64,000 nucleotides of DNA from Daphnia carinata (Eukaryota): assembly GCF_022539665.2 (NCBI RefSeq), contig NC_081333.1, positions 8,370,001-8,434,000 on the forward strand, read 5' to 3'. The position numbers and the translations under genes were made by a program. Positions 54,536 to 64,000 of this stretch are shown here, one piece after another. Below the pieces are notes generated by a model, which saw nothing but the letters and a program-made list of their open reading frames with translations, was not told where the DNA came from and searched no databases. Every line of letters begins with the position of its first letter. The stretch's first letter is position 1.

Positions 54536-55072
54536 TTATTTTTGATCAAAGGTTTCCAAGGGATTTTCTGTTTCAGGTATGAGGTCATCGCGCTGTTTCC
54601 TACAACAGGCAGAACGTCTTTCCCAACCAAACGACAAAGCCAAAATGTAAATTTTTGAGTGAAGCAAGTCATCATACATGTAGCATCTCATACATTTTCC
54701 CGGTCTATGTACAAGAGCTACAGCACCTAATTTTAGATTGAAAAAAAACTTTTACAACTTACAAAATTGTTTGCGAGTACTGGAACTACCGTGCAAAATG
54801 CACTTTCCCGCTCTTTTGAGGAAAACAAAAAGAGGATAAAAAAAGAAAACTTACCAGACAGGATGGGCTCGTTTGGCGGTAAAGAGAGTGAAGCTGCAAC
54901 GACATCCACCAATCATACCGTGATAGCCAGTCAATCTGCAAAAGACGCGGCAATCAAACCGCTTGCCACCGGCATGCTTCCCGACAGCTGATGACGCCGA
55001 CCCGGATAACACGATTGCGGCGATCAACATCGCGCACGAAATGTACGTCAATATCGAAACTTTAGGTGACAT
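54536..55072 (-). CDS. Small secreted prepropeptide (93 aa) with a KR-flanked 4-Cys peptide; neuropeptide-like precursor
   Basis: Exon 55072-54855 (TG|gtaag donor) plus exon 54599-54536 (tgttgtag acceptor) = 282 nt. Protein: MSPKVSILTYISCAMLIAAIVLSGSASSAVGKHAGG-KR-FDCRVFCRLTGYHGMIGGCRCSFTLFTA-KR-AHPVWKQRDDLIPETENPLETFDQK*. Hydrophobic N-terminal signal-like segment. Confidence 0.8.
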
Positions 55073-58000
55073 TACCAAAACGGGCGGGAGGAAAAACCTG
55101 CCAGCGCGTGTAATAGAAATACATTTTCAGTATTTTTGCATATAGATTTGAATTTGAAAAACGGCCATTTAAATATTCAAGTCACACGACTGGGATAAAG
55201 TCTGCATGCACGTGAGGCTGTCATGATTGATTTGTCGCCACACCATAAAGACCCATTCGCTATAACTGACGCTGGTTAAGTAAGCATCAGTAAAAGTGAG
55301 TCGAAAGTTGGTGTAGGGGTTTGTTTCCCAGGGAACGTTATTCGCGTCAAAACGCCCACGAGAAAGCAATTATACATGCAGTACTGCATACAAAGACTTC
55401 GTTGTTTCATTGATCTATCTGAAAGACCATCTTCCTTAGAACTCGCTACATCGTAGTTAGATTTATACTGGGTGTTTCATTGTTTGGCGTGGCCTTCTTA
55501 CAATACCAGATAAGTCAGAGGGTAACATGGATAATTGCGGGTCAACGAATGTGGTGGGAGGGCCATTTACTTATTGCATGTGTTTAGGCAATTCACTAAT
55601 GAGGTTGGAAAACGGTTTTGGGTGACCTTTTTGAAATACCTTAAGGAACCATCAGGAAGGAAGGAACTAATTACCAACATGTTATTCCATTCTGTAACAA
55701 TTATTGCTTTTGTTTTATTTGAAAGAAGAACTTTGCGTTCTTCTCTCGTACGAACAGCGTATAGTAAAGTTGTATCTCTAGAAATCTAAATTTCTAGATG
55801 GGTACCAAGAATGGGTTCAGCCTATTTCAAGAAACGGAAAATGATAACAGGTAACACAAAATTGAAAGTTGAATGTCAACTGTCGAAGGTATTTTCAGCA
55901 TTCTATTTTCAGAGTTCACTGCTATGACTTCACGGCTTTTCCCTCATGAAGCTAACCCGAATGTGCTGGTGTAATTGAAAGTTGTATAGATAAACAAATA
56001 TTGTGAAATCAAAATCGGTGAGCTAATTTTGTATCCGTACTTGTTCAGATTCTAGATCTATTACACTCTAGTTAGATAGTCTTCTTTAGGAAATAACTGA
56101 CTGGCCTGTACTTTATGAGCCATAGGTTCTGCTGTTGTATTAACTGTTACATGGACCCAATCAAGAATTTAGTTGACAAAAGGCGGAGAACGAGCTCTGT
56201 TTGTGCGGTCAAACTTAGCCCCCGCCTTCTCCGGGGATTTAAGTTTCGTACTCAATAGTGGAAGACTAGAGACTCGACATAAAGCAACGGATGTTTTAGT
56301 AACTTTTTTTTCACGAAGATAAATTATACTTATAGTTGTCACAATGTTCAGCACTTCAAAGGAAAAACAGGCGAGACCCATTTGTAAGGTAAGAACAATA
56401 AGTCCATCCATGTTCGGGACAGAATGAACGTGATAGAGCCATCGATCCAATAAGAACAGCTTGTGATAGAGCGGGCGGTGGGGCCAGGAAAACAATGAGA
56501 AGGGATGTACTTTTTACGGTCTACTGAACGATTGGGAATGAATTAAGTTGTTTAGCCACTGAAGCAGAACGAGTTGTACGGGGATAATTCTACAAGAATG
56601 ACTGCTTTACGCTATCAGCTGGATCTAGAAGTTTATCAATGGACGAGGAAGTATTTCTTTGTTTAAATAAAAATAAACTGAAAATGACAATCCTGCTAAA
56701 TCAATCGTAAAGACACGTAAAAATCTGCGCATTCTACCATAAACAATATAAACATAGTGTGACATGATTTTTTTATGATGACTTTCAGCTTTGTGCTTAG
56801 TATGAGACTAGGGCGTTTCTTGTGTCAACATCTGGCACAGAATCAAAATTGTAAGTGCGCAAAAACGAGAAATTGTCCGTTTGGAAAATTGCCCTCGTTC
56901 ATTTTGAAAAACGTAAGCTAAAATTTTCAATCTGGTGATGGCTAAAGGTAGGCCATGAGCGCCAAAATTCTTGAAATGTTATTTTCTATACCAAAAGTCT
57001 CCAAACCCTTCGTACATTTATTCCATATTCAAAGAATGCGAAGGTTAAAGATAAACCCTGTACAATACCGAACAAATGTTTTATGCGTTTAATAATCTAT
57101 TCCCTTACCCCCTAGAGTCCACTTGAAAATTTGTTTCACTTATTCGTGTTTTTTCCCCATCGTTTGTTTTTCGTAACATGTTTTGTGAAATCGGTTATTC
57201 CTTGAAACATGAGAGAAATATGATCGCACTTGCCCTAGTAGGTTTCAGGTAAAACTAAAGGAGGTAGGACGAAGTACTATTTGTCCGTACTTAAGATTGA
57301 CCTACTGCCTGTTGTGGCAACTCGTTTTATGAACATCCAATAACCGCCCTCCCCAAACCATGTAAAACGAGGCAAGATCTCTATTTTAAGCGTATCATTG
57401 ATACAAGAATCGAGGGTCATAATGTCAGACGCCGTGCATGTAAGAAATATTCTTGTTTCGAGGCTGCTATATCTCATTTCGATTCTTGCCATTAAAATTT
57501 GCCAACCTAGATTGAAAACGTATCGTTAGATTATGCAACTGGCGTTTATTCGTTATACAGTCCTCCAGAGCCAGTACTGCCTTTTGTCTTGACGAGTTTA
57601 ATGAAGATTTACGCACCTAGCCCGATTAAACATAACATTTTGCTACAGCATTTTATAAACACATTTATTATACGGATATACGGTAGCTATTGTCAACCGT
57701 GTTGAACCAAAGACACCCATCTTTGAGGTGAACAACATAGACGGATGATGTGATTGATTTGGGTGCTTCTACCAAAGACACTGATCATTAATCTCAAGTC
57801 CGTATACAAAAGGAAATATTGGACATGCTACAAAAAAAAATCTGAACGCTTTGTTTTAGCACGTCTCAACCTGAACTCGCAAACTTTTATCAGAATTTTT
57901 TTAATTCACGGTTGGGCCATTATAGGTACATAATGATTAAAAATAAATTTCATAGTAAGAAAGAGAAAAACCAACCTGTTATTTAGAAGAAAGTTGAAAA

Positions 58001-58097
58001 TAAAAGAAATTTATTGTCGCTAGAATGAGTCAATCCGGATAAACAAACACACAATATGGAACTACGTTTTTGGCGTAGTTGATGGAACTCAATTTAC

Positions 58098-58215
58098 TGG
58101 CTGAAAAAAGTGGCGCAGCTACGATAGCAAGTAGTCGATGTGTCTGCGTAAAAGTTCCTTCCGCACGGTTTCCAGGAGAATGGAGCAGAATCGTTCGTGA
58201 GTAGAGAGCTTTATA
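58098..58215 (-). promoter_or_regulatory. Candidate TATA-box promoter and first non-coding exon, possibly of the peptide precursor gene
   Basis: TATAAAG at 58215-58209, Inr-like CCATTC about 34 nt downstream, and a CA|GTAAAT donor at 58097. Confidence 0.3.
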
Positions 58216-59562
58216 TGTCGCCCTCGCCTACATCGTTTGATGTCCCAACTGAAATCTAACGCCTGCGGTTTATGTGAGCGATGCGGTACGCTTCACTGTA
58301 GGCACGAGTAACAATGTGCTCTGTCTTTTTTTGTCAACTGGATGCTGGATTGGACAAAATTGAAATAACGTAGACTGATGTAAAGTAAGAGGAACATTGA
58401 TGACGTATACTTGTGTCGTGTGGTGTAGGAAGAATTTCACATCTCAATCACTTTCTCGTTTCAAATAAAAGTACAGGGAAAGTTCTTAGAATTTCATTAA
58501 GTTGCAGGTAAAAGGAGAAACAAAATAGAACCCAAAGTGATAATACTGTTTTTCTATATAGATAAAAGTGGGCACATAAAGCTAGAACTTACATAATAGA
58601 TCGTAAGGGATGCAAAAGAGGTAAGGTCGTAGTGCTATCCAGGAAAGTTCTTATGGTTGATAATTTAATCGTCAACGTTAAAAATCTATAGTTGTACAGA
58701 ATATGAGAAGCCTAAGTATTAGGAAAAAGTATAGATATTTATCAATACAACAAGAGCCGTATCGCACAAAGCGTTTTATGGTTGAATGACATAAAGTGTT
58801 ATTTTCATAAACAATAGCCTAGATTTGCCTTTTCATCCTCTTGTTTTTTTTGTTTTTTTTTTTATTTGTTGATCTGCATTGCCGAGGCTTTTAACAGTGA
58901 AAACAACTCCGATTTGGACTCGGGCAACTTTTTCCATCAGGATTCATAAATTTGAAAACACCAAATGCTGTTCCTGATTCTAAAGGGTATCACAGAAACT
59001 TTTTAAATAAACGTAGGGTTGGCTAATTGCTACTCTACCTCATACTTGAATGAGGAGTGTGAATTAAAGCTTAAATTTCGCAAAGGTTGGAAACTATGGA
59101 AGTTCAAGGGCATCAGATATCCGAAGTTTAACTTATTCGAAGGCTTATGAAATTACCTACGCGAGCACAAGACGAAAAAGCTTGACGGCAATATTAGTAA
59201 ATTTCTCGTCTCAATTTTTTGTTTGTGGATTGGATTGAATACGTGAATATGTTAACACGGGGAGCAGAGGTAGAGAGAGCCGCAGCCAGAGATGGTCGGG
59301 AAGCAAGCTATGCTAGATCTGGCAACGCCGATGCACATCGACGTGTATTTTAGCGAGTGGGTAAAGTGGTTGCTGTCAAAAGACACCGGCTTAAGAAAAG
59401 TTCCATGCCGAATGTTCTAAACATTTTTCCGTACTAAGTGATTACAATATTTGCTGTTTCTCTTAAAAGGTACTAATTTTTGTCTTTTACTATATTTCTT
59501 TGTAAATGTGCTAAAGCAAAATCAACCATTATTTAGACAGAGAGAGAGAGAGCCAATACAAG

Positions 59563-62494
<2,932 letters not shown>

Positions 62495-62737
62495 ATAAAT
62501 TATACCTTATTGGATCAACGACTTTTTGTTTTCGTATTTGCTTGTCATAAACGTTGGTGCACAATGGTCAGGCAAATAAACAAATGTTTTTTTTTCTTTC
62601 GAACTGAAATCGAAGTGTATTTTACATTGTTGAAATCAAAACACATTTATAAGGCACCGCGAATAGAAAAAAAAAATTGAGTAAGGATAGTTCATGCTAA
62701 TGTTGGAGAAACTTGTTTTATACATAATTGTAAGATT

Positions 62738-64000
62738 CTAACGCAAACTACTAGCATCTTGCCCTGCGTCATCTAAGATTGCTTTATCTCCTTCAGGGAT
62801 GTCGACATCCATGGCTTCACTAGCTCCATCGCTAAGCTGTATTTTGTTTACGGAAGCGGCGTCTGATTCAGCGGCTTCTGATTCCTCATCTGATAACGTA
62901 TCCTCACTAGTGTTACCATCTGCAATAAACATAAAATTCGATAAGATAGTGTTATAACGTTGAATTTATTAATTCACATCTTACCAGAATTTTCTGAGAC
63001 ATCTTCGTCTTTTTCGCTTCTTTCTTGCTCTACCTTGCATGGTTTTTCTTGATTTTCTTTTCTTTCGTAAAGTTTTGCCTCAAGTGAGGCTTCCGATGTG
63101 GTAATAAATGGGACGGGTGAGGGAGGGACGGGTAAGCGAGGGCCCACAGGTCGCGTTTTTCTTGGAGGGTTAAATTGATAACAGTAGCAACAATAATAGC
63201 TGACAAACTCGAACTCTTCCTGTAAAGCCATGCCATTGTGGCCACTACAATGACGGCATATCAAGGCATAACGCTGATGCGGACCATCTCCCACAAAAAG
63301 ATCCATCATCCTGTCAAGGACTCCTCGTTCTCTAGGTAAAATTGGTCGAGGCAACGGTCGCAATGGAGCATGTCCGTAGTTCATAGCTACAGGTCTGTTA
63401 ATAAATATAGAATTGGATACTCCTTGTAAACCAGGTTAACCACCAAATAATGCCAAATTGCAACACTAAGCACACAAAGGCAATAGAGTATTTAATTTAC
63501 CTTTGGGTTGACAACATTGATTGCTGCATCTGTGGTTTATTTAACTGTTGATTCATTTTGTTTGCACTTCCCACAATAGCAGACTTATTTTGTTGGAGTG
63601 TGCCACTTGCTTTCAATGGTAAAGCTTGCTGTTGTTCTACATGCCTGTGTCGTAATTCAGTGCCAGGTGCACTAGGACGAGCATTCATAGCAGGAGTTTG
63701 AGCAGGTTTGACTTCGAAAGGAGTATTCTGTGGTTTGTCACCAAATTTGTCAAGAATCTCTTTCGCAATTTTGTAAGTCTCTGTGTCCATCACATGCTCA
63801 AGAATTTTTTTCTTCTTTTTTCTCAACTCTACAGACTTTTCTGATTTTCTCACCATTCGACGATTGAAGTACCATTTTACACCTCTATGAGAGCTCCAGG
63901 TTCTGTTAACACAAAAAGGGCATAAGTTCGGTAATAGGTTTCTAGATTGAATTGATTCCAACTTACATAAGGGCAAATGTCACAAGCCCAGTAAAATAAT
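62738..64000 (-). CDS. lnpk: Lunapark, ER three-way junction formation protein (3' part; gene continues beyond the window)
   Basis: Exons (>64000)-63967, 63902-63501, 63394-62985 and 62919-62738 are phase-compatible. Motifs KKILEHVMDTETYKIAKEILDKF, PRPILPRERGVLDRMMDLFVGDGP and the C4 finger RYALICRHCSGHNGMAL...YCCYCYQFNP. Confidence 0.93.

Noticed and set aside
55777..55800. Short hairpin TCTAGAAAT...ATTTCTAGA
   Set aside because: Too short and AT-rich for a miRNA precursor or element terminus.

Overview
Eukaryotic, AT-rich genomic DNA with short (about 60-100 nt) GT-AG introns. The style suggests a branchiopod crustacean such as Daphnia (inference). Positions 1-50 kb hold a single gene: a two-exon odd-skipped-family five-finger C2H2 transcription factor matching bowl (minus strand, 11703-16582). 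It sits in a homopolymer-rich non-coding region containing two blocks of a palindromic ~310-320-bp repeat (about 31.4-32.9 kb and 37.2-38.3 kb). The last 14 kb is gene-dense: (1) an acidic protein with a UBZ-type zinc finger and UIM-like helices, RAP80/UIMC1-like, with an apparent 1-bp frameshift (minus); (2) a 93-aa secreted precursor carrying a KR-flanked 4-Cys peptide (minus; the best candidate for an undescribed signalling or defence peptide); (3) a 12-coding-exon STT3A (plus); (4) the 3' part of lunapark (minus, truncated by the window edge). All exon structures were deduced by hand from splice signals and frame continuity; no database searches were run.
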